64,000 bases of DNA, from positions 1,651-65,650 of the forward strand of contig JBFMCF010000096.1 in assembly GCA_040754625.1 (NCBI GenBank). The letters run 5' to 3'. Below, piece by piece: positions 9,403-19,297 of this stretch (its first letter is position 1; each line of letters begins with the position of its first letter). The DNA comes from a bacterium (GTDB taxonomy: Bacteria > JACRDZ01 > JAQUKH01). The position numbers were made by a program, and so were the translations under genes. The notes below the pieces were generated by a model that saw nothing but the letters and a program-made list of their open reading frames with translations, had not been told where the DNA came from and did not search any database.

Positions 9403-10182
9403 CTATCTACCCGGTTTTGTCTTTTCCCAATTTTCAGCCAAAAGAGCATAAGATATGCCGGCCATTAATGCCACAAAACACGAAAATACAATTATTGGTA
9501 CTTTTTTTGGAGAAACCGGATATTTTGATTTAACAGGGCCGTCAATTAATTTAAACTCTTTATTAACAACTAATTGTGTTTCCAATTGAAATTTTTGAAA
9601 TAACAAGTCTCTAATCTGCACCTTATCATCGGGATAAGCCAGGGGCGATACATTTTCCCTTTTAGCTAACGCGTTTTTATCCGCGCTAAGTTTGGTTTTT
9701 TCAATCAGGTTTTCAACTTGATAAATCTGATTTCTTATTAAATCAGTTTGTCTATTATAATTTGAATTCCCATATTCAATATAAACACTGACTATTTCCT
9801 TGCATAAAGAATATGCAATATCATTATCTTTTAACCTGACCTTTAACATAAATAAATTACTTTCTTTAATATTTTCTAATAAAATCATTTTTTTTATTTC
9901 ATGTTCTTGTGGAATTCTTAAGCCTATTTTTTCAAAAATCGGATTTAAAAAAAGTCCCGACCTTATTAGTGTTGACGCTTCCGGATAAGTTATAATCGGC
10001 ACATTTATATAACCATTTTGTATAGTTGCTTTTACCTCATAAGTTTTGGGAATAATAAATATTATAATACTCGCTAAAACCATTGCAACAAGAGCTGTAC
10101 TTAAAATAAAAGTTTTTCGTTTATTAATAATCTGAATAAAATCTATAAGGCCGATTTCTTCATTATATTTTGGATTTAACAT
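9403..10182 (-). CDS. Wzz-like chain-length determinant (polysaccharide co-polymerase, short form)
   Basis: 259 aa with an N-terminal TM (FILSTALVAMVLASIIIFIIP), a coiled-coil periplasmic segment and a C-terminal TM (VPIIVFSCFVALMAGISYALL). Confidence 0.5.
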   Translation of the reverse strand: MLNPKYNEEIGLIDFIQIINKRKTFILSTALVAMVLASIIIFIIPKTYEVKATIQNGYINVPIITYPEASTLIRSGLFLNPIFEKIGLRIPQEHEIKKMILLENIKESNLFMLKVRLKDNDIAYSLCKEIVSVYIEYGNSNYNRQTDLIRNQIYQVENLIEKTKLSADKNALAKRENVSPLAYPDDKVQIRDLLFQKFQLETQLVVNKEFKLIDGPVKSKYPVSPKKVPIIVFSCFVALMAGISYALLAENWEKTKPGR

Positions 10183-10259
10183 TTATTAATTACCTCCTTT
10201 TTCAAAAGTCACATCTTGCAAGTTTTAGATTTATACTTATAATAACCAATTTTTGTTTT

Positions 10260-11324
10260 TTATTTACTTATATAATATTCGTAAGTCTTTTTGATTCCAT
10301 CCGACAAGCTAATTTCCGGTTTCCACCCTAAAGATTTAATTTTTGAACTATCAAGAAGTTTTCTTGGAATACCGTCAGGTTTTGAAAAATCAAATTTTAT
10401 TTCTCCGACAAAACCCACTATATCTTTTATCAACTTTGCTATATCTTTTATTTTTATTTCCTCACCGCTCCCGGTGTTAATAAATTCACCTATATTTTTA
10501 TATTCATAATTTTCCATCAAAAATAAACATGCATCAGCCATATCATCCACATATAAAAATTCCCTATAAGGTTCACCGCTGCCCCAAAGAGTAACATATT
10601 CCGGAGTTATACCCAGTTTTTCCAGGCTTAAATCATCAACGGCATCTGAATTCAGCCTGAAGTTAAACCCTATAGGATAAGTTTCTATGTCTTTTTTTAC
10701 CTCGTTATACTTTTTTTGGCTCAAAAGTTTTGCGAGATGAAACTTTCTTATCAAAGCCGCCGGGAGATGAGCTGTTTCTAAATTATAATTATCTCCCCGG
10801 CCATAAAGATTTGTAGGCATACCGGAAATAAAATTTGTCCCATATTGCTCATTGTAATATTGGCATAATTTTATCGCGGCTATTTTTGCTATCGCATACG
10901 GTTCATTAGTCGGTTCCAAAATCCCTATAAGGAGATGCTCTTCTTTCATCGGTTGAGGCGCGTTTCTTGGATAAATACAAGATGAACCAAGATTAAGAAG
11001 TTTTCCCACACCGTATTTATAAGCGGAATTTATAACATTGGCACCTATTATAATATTATCATATATAAACTCCGCTTTATATGTGCTGTTTGCAAGAATT
11101 CCGCCGACTTTTGCTGCTGCCAGGAACACATACTCGGGTTTTTCTTTTTCAAAAAAATCTTCAACTTCAGCCTGCTTTCTCAAATCAAGTTCTTTGCTTG
11201 TTTTGACAACTACATTTGTATATCCTGAGGCTTGAACTTTTCTTAGTAAAGCAGACCCTACTAATCCTTTATGTCCTGCGATATAAATTTTTGAACTTTT
11301 GTCCATCTGTTTACTTTTTCCCAT
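10260..11324 (-). CDS. fcl: GDP-L-fucose synthase (GDP-4-keto-6-deoxy-D-mannose 3,5-epimerase/4-reductase)
   Basis: KIYIAGHKGLVGSALLRKV...FLAAAKVGGI..N..YPA.F...N......N...A......KLL.LGSSCIYP: full Fcl/WcaG signature. Confidence 0.8.
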   Translation of the reverse strand: MGKSKQMDKSSKIYIAGHKGLVGSALLRKVQASGYTNVVVKTSKELDLRKQAEVEDFFEKEKPEYVFLAAAKVGGILANSTYKAEFIYDNIIIGANVINSAYKYGVGKLLNLGSSCIYPRNAPQPMKEEHLLIGILEPTNEPYAIAKIAAIKLCQYYNEQYGTNFISGMPTNLYGRGDNYNLETAHLPAALIRKFHLAKLLSQKKYNEVKKDIETYPIGFNFRLNSDAVDDLSLEKLGITPEYVTLWGSGEPYREFLYVDDMADACLFLMENYEYKNIGEFINTGSGEEIKIKDIAKLIKDIVGFVGEIKFDFSKPDGIPRKLLDSSKIKSLGWKPEISLSDGIKKTYEYYISK

Positions 11325-11865
11325 TTTTTTGCCGTTTTCTTACAGTGTGCTTAAATTTCAACACAGCAAAATTCAATTCGATAGTTGTCTCATTCTCGTT
11401 AGACACCAAACTATCATCCAGAATTTCGGCAATAATCCCGCCGCTTTTTTGAAGCAAGTTCTGTTTTTGGCTCTCGTCATGTACGTTTGATATCGCTTTA
11501 ATATTTCGTGTAAGGTTTCTAATTTTCGCGAATGTCTCAATAATGGCTATTGTCGTTTGGGCAGCTTGCTGACTCTTTAATATCGTTGCCAGCATATACA
11601 AGCCTTTTTCAGAAAAAGCTTTGGGCAAAACTCTTATCTTTGAAAATTTTGCGGTGGAAAATTTCCACCGCAAACCTTCAAACTCCGTTCTATTAAGCTC
11701 AAGAATATAACCATCAGGAAATTTGCCGGGATTATTTTTGACTGCTTTGTTTATATCCCTTGTTTCAACTCTATAAAGTTCTGCTATATCAGTATCAAGA
11801 ATAACTTTTTGGTTTCTCAATTCAAGTATTTTGCTTTCAATTTTTTCAAACGCAACTATATCCAT
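11311..11865 (-). CDS. ORF6N (KilA-N-like) domain protein, phage/mobile-element-associated DNA-binding protein
   Basis: 184 aa. N-terminal ILELRNQKVILDTDIAELYRVETRDINKAVKNNPGKFPDGY resembles the ORF6N domain of phage antirepressors. It overlaps the fcl start by 14 nt. Confidence 0.45.
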   Translation of the reverse strand: MDIVAFEKIESKILELRNQKVILDTDIAELYRVETRDINKAVKNNPGKFPDGYILELNRTEFEGLRWKFSTAKFSKIRVLPKAFSEKGLYMLATILKSQQAAQTTIAIIETFAKIRNLTRNIKAISNVHDESQKQNLLQKSGGIIAEILDDSLVSNENETTIELNFAVLKFKHTVRKRQKNGKK

Positions 11866-11880
11866 TTAAACCTCCAAATA

Positions 11881-13071
11881 TTAATGGCCTTTTACCGCTG
11901 CGCAATAAATTTTTTCATAAAAGGCAAAATCATGATTTGTATATTCAAACCCTTTTTTCTTTGAAATTTCTATCCCTTCACCCGGCGCATCCAGCCCGAT
12001 TAATCTTAAATCATAATCAACCATTATTTTTATCAGTTCTTGAAAATTTACCCTCGCCTGCCATTTTAATTTCTTTTTTGCCTTTGTCACATCTGCTTTG
12101 AGATAATCCACTTCTGTAGGCCTGAAATAACGCGGGTCTATTTCAATTAAAACGTCTCCCTTTTTAATGCTGGAGGTTGGAGGCTGGAGGCTGGAGGTTA
12201 AGGAATGAATGATACCTTTTTCGTTTACACCTTTTCCTTCCCATGCGATTTCAATACCGGCGTATTTAAAAGCAGTCTCAACAAATTCACGGACTTTATA
12301 ACTTTCCCCCGTACCAACGACATAATCATCCGGTTCAGACTGCTGAAGCATAAGCCACATCATTTCTACATATTCAGGGGCAAATCCCCAGTCACGTTTG
12401 GCATCGAGATTTCCCAGATAAAGCTTATCCTGCTTTCCTGCCAATATATTTGCTAAAGCTCTTGTGATTTTTCTTGTTACAAAAGTTTCTCCGCGCCGCG
12501 GGCTTTCGTGATTAAAAAGAATACCGTTGCAGGCAAACATATTATATCCGTCACGGTAATTTTTAGCCATCCAGTAAGAATACAATTTTGCGCAGGCGTA
12601 AGGACTTCTTGGTTCAAAAGGGGTATTTTCAGACTGGGGCGGTTTTGCAGAACCAAATATCTCCGATGACGAGGCTTGATAGAATTTTGTTTGGACGCCG
12701 CTTCTTCTTACCGCTTCCAGCAATCTTACCGTCCCCAGAGCAGTAACATTACTGGTATATTCCGGAATATCAAAACTGACACGTACATGGCTTTGAGCAC
12801 CCAGATGGTATATTTCCTGAGGTTTAATACTATAAATTAAACTGTTTATCTGCTCGGCATCTGATAAATCCCCGTAATGCAGAAAAAGCTTTGCACCGGG
12901 GGAATGAATATCGACATAAATATGATCAATCCTGCCTGTATTAAAGGTACTGGCTCGGCGTATAATACCGTGTACTTCATATCCCCTGGACAAGAGAAAT
13001 TCGGCAAGATAAGAACCATCCTGGCCGGTTATTCCCGTAATTAACGCTTTTTTCGCATTTTTACGCGGCAT
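11881..13071 (-). CDS. gmd: GDP-mannose 4,6-dehydratase
   Basis: [28 protein letters not shown]...[28 protein letters not shown]: canonical Gmd. Carries an unusual loop insert encoded by a 7-bp x4 tandem repeat. Confidence 0.9.
   Translation of the reverse strand: MPRKNAKKALITGITGQDGSYLAEFLLSRGYEVHGIIRRASTFNTGRIDHIYVDIHSPGAKLFLHYGDLSDAEQINSLIYSIKPQEIYHLGAQSHVRVSFDIPEYTSNVTALGTVRLLEAVRRSGVQTKFYQASSSEIFGSAKPPQSENTPFEPRSPYACAKLYSYWMAKNYRDGYNMFACNGILFNHESPRRGETFVTRKITRALANILAGKQDKLYLGNLDAKRDWGFAPEYVEMMWLMLQQSEPDDYVVGTGESYKVREFVETAFKYAGIEIAWEGKGVNEKGIIHSLTSSLQPPTSSIKKGDVLIEIDPRYFRPTEVDYLKADVTKAKKKLKWQARVNFQELIKIMVDYDLRLIGLDAPGEGIEISKKKGFEYTNHDFAFYEKIYCAAVKGH
12170..12197. repeat. Heptanucleotide tandem repeat (YTGGAGG x4) inside the gmd coding sequence
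   Basis: ctggagg ttggagg ctggagg ctggagg; encodes SSLQPPTSS in a Gmd surface loop. Confidence 0.8.
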
Positions 13072-13145
13072 TTATTGAAATCTCCTTTTCTATTTTTAAA
13101 TTATTTATTATAACATTATTATTATTTTATACAAAATATTTTATG

Positions 13146-14585
13146 CTACCTTCCATATATATCATCAATTCTCTCGATATCATCTTCCCCTAAATATTCA
13201 CCGTTCTGGACCTCTATTATTTCTAAAGATGTTTCCCCTTGGTTTTCCAGCCGGTGAACGGCAGTTTTTGGAATATAGGCGGATTCGTTTTCACGGACAA
13301 TCAATTCTTTTTCTCCAATCGTAACTTTTGCAATTCCTTTTATAACCACCCAGTGTTCTGAACGATGTTTATGCCTCTGGAGGCTTAATTTAGCATTTTT
13401 ATTTACGATTATTCTCTTAATTTTATACCGGCCACCTTCCTCAAGCACAGTATAACTTCCCCAGGGCCTGTAAGTACAAGTATGTTCTACCGCTTCTTTG
13501 CGGTTATCTTTTTCTAATTTTCCAATAACATCCCTGACTTTCTGGGAACATCCCTTTTTTGCTATAAGCGTGGCATCAGCAGTATCAACCACAAGACAAT
13601 CTTCCAAACCTACCGTGGCTATTAATCTTTTGTCACCAATAATAAGACAATTTTTTGTGTCTGTAGTTAAAATATCACCTATCTTCGCGTTACCCGATTC
13701 ATCTTTTTCGAGTATTTCAAAAAAAGAATCCCATGACCCGATATCGTTCCAATATAAATCCATTGGAATGACCGCGACTTTGTCCGATTTTTCCATCACG
13801 GCGTAATCAATTGAAAGAGAAGGCATTCTACCAAATTCTTTCAGCATATCATCAAAATTTTTATCGAGAAATTCACCAATTTGAGGGGCATGTTTATTTA
13901 ATTCTTTAATAGCTGTCCCAATGGTAAAGGCAAACATTCCCGAGTTCCAGTAATAATCCCCGGAATCAACATATTTCTGCGCGGTCTCTCTATCCGGCTT
14001 CTCAACAAACTTTTCCACCTTTAAATAATTAATTTCTTCTGCTTTCTTCCTTCTGCCTTCTTCCTTCAGTCTTCTGACTTTAATATATCCATACCCCGTT
14101 TCAGGTTTCAAAGGTTTTATACCAAAAGTTGCCATATAGTTATCTTTAGCAACCTCTTCCGCATATTTCATATATTTTTTAAACATATCTTCATCTTCAT
14201 TTTTTATCATCTGGTCTGATGGCAAAACATAAATTAACTCATCCAGCCCGCAGCCAAGTTTTTCAATACAGTATTTCACACCTAATGCTATTGCAGGAGC
14301 GGTATTTTTACTCATAGGCTCAAGAATTATATGAGCAGGCGTATTCGCCTGCTCATCCTGAGTACAACGAAGGATCTCAGAAATATCGGATTTCACATGG
14401 AATTGATATTTATCGTTAGTTATAAAAATAATATCTTTTAATGATACCAAACCTGAAAGCCTTGCTATGGTCTGCTGCAAAAAAGATTTACCATTGTTTA
14501 TTTTTAAAAACTGTTTCGGGTAATTGCGCCTGCTCATCGGCCATAACCGCGTCCCTGAGCCGCCCGCCAAAATAAATGTTTTCAC
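13146..14585 (-). CDS. manC: Mannose-1-phosphate guanylyltransferase / mannose-6-phosphate isomerase (bifunctional, cupin C-terminus)
   Basis: LAGGSGTRLWPMSRRNYPKQFL at the N-terminus; C-terminal cupin HRLEN.GE....IEVQNGEYLGEDDIERIDDIYGR. Confidence 0.85.
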   Translation of the reverse strand: MKTFILAGGSGTRLWPMSRRNYPKQFLKINNGKSFLQQTIARLSGLVSLKDIIFITNDKYQFHVKSDISEILRCTQDEQANTPAHIILEPMSKNTAPAIALGVKYCIEKLGCGLDELIYVLPSDQMIKNEDEDMFKKYMKYAEEVAKDNYMATFGIKPLKPETGYGYIKVRRLKEEGRRKKAEEINYLKVEKFVEKPDRETAQKYVDSGDYYWNSGMFAFTIGTAIKELNKHAPQIGEFLDKNFDDMLKEFGRMPSLSIDYAVMEKSDKVAVIPMDLYWNDIGSWDSFFEILEKDESGNAKIGDILTTDTKNCLIIGDKRLIATVGLEDCLVVDTADATLIAKKGCSQKVRDVIGKLEKDNRKEAVEHTCTYRPWGSYTVLEEGGRYKIKRIIVNKNAKLSLQRHKHRSEHWVVIKGIAKVTIGEKELIVRENESAYIPKTAVHRLENQGETSLEIIEVQNGEYLGEDDIERIDDIYGR

Positions 14586-15853
14586 ACCGCCCTTCCTTTT
14601 TCATCTTGCTTTTTGGCAATATTTTCAATAATAAATATTAAAGCTATGTCAAACCATAAAAACATGGATATCTTTTCATTTTTGTTATGATTAGCGAAAA
14701 ATACTGTTGTTTGAGAGCAAACCAGATAGCCCCCTAAACTTGCCATGGTTCCATTTAACAGATTTTTAAGATGAATATCATTAATTTTTTCTTGTAATTC
14801 AAAATACTTTTTGAAGGAAATAAAAATAATCAACAAAAAACTGAATAATCCAATTAACCCATTCTCTGAAGTAACATGCAAAAAGATATTATGCGCGTGC
14901 CAGCCACGCGTCCAATCTTCTTTAGCATCATTCCCTTTATACTGCTGGGCAATAACATCATATGTCCCCGGGCCTATTCCCAAAAAAGGAAAATCTTTAA
15001 TCATAGCTAAAGAACTTTTCCATGCAGAAATTCTATCTCCTGTAGTATTTTTAAAATCAGCTATGGAAATCATTCTCTGCTTTAAACTGGAGGGTATGAT
15101 TAAAAATAAAAAAACAAGTGTTAGAAAAGTTAAAACAAAAAATCTCCAATTTTTTAATATATGCACATACATCAAAATAAAAAATAAAATAACAGCGATA
15201 AATCCTATCCAGCTCCCGCGTGAATAACTAACTACCATCCCTGTAATTAAAATAATTAATCCTGACACAAAAAAGATTGAAAATGTCAAATTCTTCCTAT
15301 AATTAAGAAGAAATCCAGCTAAAACCGGTATAGTAAGCACAGCAGCAGCTCCAAATTCAGCACGGCCACCAAAGCTATAATAATTTCCATCATCATAGCC
15401 AAGTCTTGAATTTACATGTTGAATAGTCCCTCTGGCTGATGTATAAATAACAGAAATTAAAAAAATAAACAATATTGCTTCCAGTTTATTTTTATTATCA
15501 ATATTATTTATTAATAAAAAAACCATACTTGTATAAAGAATAAAATCCCGAAAATATAAAAAACTGACTTTTGGCTGTGAAGAAAAAACCACAGCAATTA
15601 AAAATGTTATTAAATAAATTAAAACAGGCAAATTCAAGCTGGTTTTAATAAAGCTGCTTTCCTTATAAATGATTTTTTTAATAATCCAAAATAAAATTGT
15701 TGCTATTAAAACATTTTTTAAGCTGTGCAGGCTTACCATTCTATTACCAACAGCGAAGTCAAATCCAACACCGCCCATTATACTAACGAGTAATGGAATT
15801 AAACTTAAAATTAGAACATCAAGAAAGGTTTTAAAAGCAATTGGAGATATCAT
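14582..15853 (-). CDS. O-antigen ligase/polymerase family membrane protein (Wzy_C domain), paralog B
   Basis: 423 aa with the same motifs as paralog A (SRGSWIGF, WHAHNIFLH, ISMFLWF.IALIFIIENI). Internal DNA stretches are about 90% identical to 8086..9399. Confidence 0.6.
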   Translation of the reverse strand: MISPIAFKTFLDVLILSLIPLLVSIMGGVGFDFAVGNRMVSLHSLKNVLIATILFWIIKKIIYKESSFIKTSLNLPVLIYLITFLIAVVFSSQPKVSFLYFRDFILYTSMVFLLINNIDNKNKLEAILFIFLISVIYTSARGTIQHVNSRLGYDDGNYYSFGGRAEFGAAAVLTIPVLAGFLLNYRKNLTFSIFFVSGLIILITGMVVSYSRGSWIGFIAVILFFILMYVHILKNWRFFVLTFLTLVFLFLIIPSSLKQRMISIADFKNTTGDRISAWKSSLAMIKDFPFLGIGPGTYDVIAQQYKGNDAKEDWTRGWHAHNIFLHVTSENGLIGLFSFLLIIFISFKKYFELQEKINDIHLKNLLNGTMASLGGYLVCSQTTVFFANHNKNEKISMFLWFDIALIFIIENIAKKQDEKGRAV

Positions 15854-15883
15854 TATTTTACTATTTATGACTAAGCGGATTTA

Positions 15884-17722
15884 TTAGTCACCATTCGATG
15901 AAATTATATTTTGCATACTTTGAATAATACTGTTTTCATCCATTATATTCGCAAGTTTTTGCAGATTTTTAACCTGAGTGCGCAATTTTATAGTATCAAA
16001 CAACTCAGATTGACTGATATAAATTTTGTTATGTTTTGTAACTCTATCTTTTTCTTTATCTAAAAGAAGCTCTTCAGAAAGCTTCTCACCGGGCCTTAAC
16101 CCGATGAATTTAAAAGAAATATCTTTATCAAGAACTAAACCTGATAATGCAACCAGATTCTTTGCTATATCCACTAGCTTTATCTGTTCACCCATATCCA
16201 GGATAAAAAGTTCCCCGCCCTTGCCTATCGCCCCGGCCTGTAACACAAGAAGAGCCGCCTCTTTTACACTCATGAAATATCTTTCAGTGTCTTTATGAGT
16301 TATAGTTATCGGCCCGCCTGATTCTATCTGTTTTTTAAATAAAGGAACCACGCTCCCGTTCGAACCGATTACATTTCCAAAACGTACCGCCATAAATTTT
16401 GTCTTACTGTTTCTAGCCTTCGACTGTAAAATCATTTCCGCTATCCGCTTGCTCATTCCCATGACATTAATGGGATTTACCGCCTTGTCCGTTGAAATAG
16501 CAACAAATCTTTCAACTTTATAGTGACTAGCCGCATAGATAAGATTGCGGCTTCCGATTATATTATTTTTAACCGCGGCTGTTGGATTTTCTTCCATTAA
16601 CGGCACATGTTTATGAGCGGCGGCGTGAAAAACAATCTGGGGAGAATAGCGGGAAAAAGTTTGTTTTAATAAACCGATATCACTGATATCTCCTATAACC
16701 GTTTTTATTTTTATATGAGGATATTTTGTTTTAAATTCCACCAATAAAAAATAAACATCATTTTCATTATGGTCAAAAAGTATAATCTTTTTTGGCGAAA
16801 AATTTACTATCTGCCTGCAGAGTTCAGATCCTATCGACCCGCCGGCCCCGGTAACAAGAATTTTCTTATCAAAAATATAATTGCCTATTTCTGTTTCATC
16901 TATTTTAAACGTATCTCTTCCTAGAAGATCTTCCGGCCTTACTTCTCTCGGTTTTATTTCTAATTCCCCGCTTAAAAATTTTTGGAATTTAGGGATAATT
17001 TTAATTTTCACTTTTGATACAGGGCAATGAGAAATTATTTCCCTAATCACTTCACCTCTTGCTGAAGGAATTGCCAAAATTATCTCATCAATATCATAAT
17101 CTTCTGCCACTTTAGAAATATGCTCTTTCCCTCCTAAAATTTTTTTGCCATAAATAGTCCCGTGATGTTTTACTTTATCATCATCAACGAAACCAATAAT
17201 TTCTCCGCTGCCCGGATTATTGCGATATTCTTTTAACGCTAAAATTCCCGCTTCTCCCGCTCCTACGATAAGGATTTTTTTTTGTTTTTTTGAGTTATCT
17301 GCCCGGTACCTTTCCCTGAACAAACGGACAAAAAAACGTATCCCCGCGACCATACCAGTACAAATGGCAAAATCAATAATAAAAACAGACCGGGGAAAAT
17401 CTTTCAGACCATAAATAAAAACTTCGCCTAAAATAAAAACAACAACCGCTAAAGCGTTTGCTTTAAGTATCTGCGCCAAATCACTCATACTGACATACCG
17501 CCAGAGGCCTTCAAATACTCCAAAATAATAGAAAATAAAAAATTTAATTATAATCAATAGCGGAAGAGTTTCCCAAAAAACACTTAAGTATGGTTCGGAC
17601 AGGCTAAAATCGAAACGTGTGTAAAAAGAAAAATAATAAGCCCATGTTATTAAAATCAGGTGGGTAATTATTATAAATAACCTGCGATATTTCAAAATAA
17701 ATTCTTTATATTTTGTTATCAT
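15884..17722 (-). CDS. Membrane-anchored UDP-GlcNAc 4,6-dehydratase (CapD/WbpM/PglF family)
   Basis: 612 aa. N-terminal TM segments followed by two Rossmann regions (ILIVGAGEAG; ILVTGAGGSIGSEL). Domain order is typical of CapD. Confidence 0.8.
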   Translation of the reverse strand: MITKYKEFILKYRRLFIIITHLILITWAYYFSFYTRFDFSLSEPYLSVFWETLPLLIIIKFFIFYYFGVFEGLWRYVSMSDLAQILKANALAVVVFILGEVFIYGLKDFPRSVFIIDFAICTGMVAGIRFFVRLFRERYRADNSKKQKKILIVGAGEAGILALKEYRNNPGSGEIIGFVDDDKVKHHGTIYGKKILGGKEHISKVAEDYDIDEIILAIPSARGEVIREIISHCPVSKVKIKIIPKFQKFLSGELEIKPREVRPEDLLGRDTFKIDETEIGNYIFDKKILVTGAGGSIGSELCRQIVNFSPKKIILFDHNENDVYFLLVEFKTKYPHIKIKTVIGDISDIGLLKQTFSRYSPQIVFHAAAHKHVPLMEENPTAAVKNNIIGSRNLIYAASHYKVERFVAISTDKAVNPINVMGMSKRIAEMILQSKARNSKTKFMAVRFGNVIGSNGSVVPLFKKQIESGGPITITHKDTERYFMSVKEAALLVLQAGAIGKGGELFILDMGEQIKLVDIAKNLVALSGLVLDKDISFKFIGLRPGEKLSEELLLDKEKDRVTKHNKIYISQSELFDTIKLRTQVKNLQKLANIMDENSIIQSMQNIISSNGD

Positions 17723-17802
17723 AATATTAATATTCCTGAATAATAAATTATTATATAATATTAATTTAAAATAGGCAATTGTTTAAATCGAATTATATTT
17801 TA

Positions 17803-18363
17803 TCAGTGTTTAATACCTTCTTTATTAACAACCTTTATAACAGTCATGAATAATATTTTCAGATCAAAAATAAAGGAATTGTTTTTAAGATAAAACTCAT
17901 CAAATTCCACTTTTACCGGTATCGGTAATTCATCTCTTCCATTTATCTGCGCCCAGCCTGTAATACCCGGTTTAAGTTTATGGATATTTTTTTCTGTTCT
18001 TAATCCAATGAGGTCATATTGATTAAATAACGCCGGGCGCGGGCCAACAAAGCTCATATCCCCTCTTATCACATTCAATAACTGCGGTAATTCATCAAGG
18101 CTTGTTTTTCTCAAAAATTTTCCGACTGAAGTTAAATAAATATCTGGATCTTTCAAAAGATGCGTCGCTACCGGAGGCGTATTTATTTTCATCGTCCGGA
18201 ATTTAGCCATTTTAAAAATATTATTGTTAACTCCAATTCTGTCGGACCAATATAAAACCGGGCCAATAGAAGTAAGTTTTATTATTATACTGATAAATAA
18301 CATTGGAACAAAAAATATTATTAAAAACAAACAGGCAAAAAAAATATCAAAAATGCGTTTCAT
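17803..18363 (-). CDS. Initiating phosphoglycosyltransferase, small bacterial sugar transferase (PglC/WbaP-C/Cap5M type)
   Basis: 186 aa with a single N-terminal TM, then GP.LY...R.G.....F...KFRTM......P.....D...[25 protein letters not shown]. Confidence 0.8.
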   Translation of the reverse strand: MKRIFDIFFACLFLIIFFVPMLFISIIIKLTSIGPVLYWSDRIGVNNNIFKMAKFRTMKINTPPVATHLLKDPDIYLTSVGKFLRKTSLDELPQLLNVIRGDMSFVGPRPALFNQYDLIGLRTEKNIHKLKPGITGWAQINGRDELPIPVKVEFDEFYLKNNSFIFDLKILFMTVIKVVNKEGIKH

Positions 18364-19276
18364 AATGTATATAATGGTCGATGGTTTCTTTTATACCTTC
18401 TTCAAGTGTAAACGGCGGTTTCCAACTAAGTAAATTCCTGATTTTACTGCTGTCTACAGTAAGAGATCCCACCAATTTTCCCACTTCTTCACCCTTTCCT
18501 GCAATTTTACACAGCGTCATCAAGATACCCGTGGATAAAGGAAACAAAAGAGGCCTCTTACCCAAGGCAAAAGCGATCATCTTTATTAAATCTGGAGTGG
18601 AAATATCCTGTCCATCACTTAACATAAAAATTTCTCCTGCCGCTAAAGGATGATTAACACAAGTAATAATTGCATCAAGTAAATTGCCAAGATAAATTAA
18701 ACTGCGCCGGTTAGTAACATTCTTAAATGGTAAAGGCACACCTGAGTTGACAAGTTTAATCAAATTTCTAAAATTAGCCTTTACTCCCGGACCATAAACC
18801 AAAGGTAGCCGTAAAATTACCACTTGAAGCCCAGTCTCAGCAGCTATGCAAACTAATGAATTTTCGGCTTCCTGCTTACTGGCACCATAAGGATCTTTCC
18901 CATTTGCTTTAATTGAGCTGATAAAAATGAACCGTTTTATCCCGCTTTTTACCGCCTGCTCTGCCAATCGTTTGGTACCCATAGCATTAATTCGATGATA
19001 TACATAATCAGGGTCACTTTCTTGTTCACGCATTACATGAGCCCGTCCAGCCAAATGGACAACAAAATCAACATCACAAAGGGCATTACTCCAATCAGTT
19101 AACTCGCTTATGTCCCCGACTTGAATATATTCATCAGCCTCAGAAACATTATGCGCATTATTACGTACAGCACCTCTAACAAAACAGCCCTTTTCTTTTA
19201 AAAAAGTGCATAGACTGCAGCCGATAAATCCATTCGCACCTGTAACAAGTATTTTTCTTTTTTTATTTATCTCCAT
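18347..19276 (-). CDS. NAD-dependent epimerase/dehydratase family protein (Cap5N-like)
   Basis: ILVTGANGFIGCSL Rossmann motif; 309 aa. It follows the CapD-like and CapM-like genes as in staphylococcal cap loci. Confidence 0.55.
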   Translation of the reverse strand: MEINKKRKILVTGANGFIGCSLCTFLKEKGCFVRGAVRNNAHNVSEADEYIQVGDISELTDWSNALCDVDFVVHLAGRAHVMREQESDPDYVYHRINAMGTKRLAEQAVKSGIKRFIFISSIKANGKDPYGASKQEAENSLVCIAAETGLQVVILRLPLVYGPGVKANFRNLIKLVNSGVPLPFKNVTNRRSLIYLGNLLDAIITCVNHPLAAGEIFMLSDGQDISTPDLIKMIAFALGKRPLLFPLSTGILMTLCKIAGKGEEVGKLVGSLTVDSSKIRNLLSWKPPFTLEEGIKETIDHYIHYETHF

Positions 19277-19297
19277 ATATCTTGACTAAACATATAG

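Noticed and set aside
12170-12200. Short regularly spaced repeat, briefly considered as a mini CRISPR-like array
   Set aside because: Only 7-bp units, contiguous with no spacers and inside the gmd coding sequence; it is a simple tandem repeat, not CRISPR. No CRISPR arrays are present anywhere in the window.
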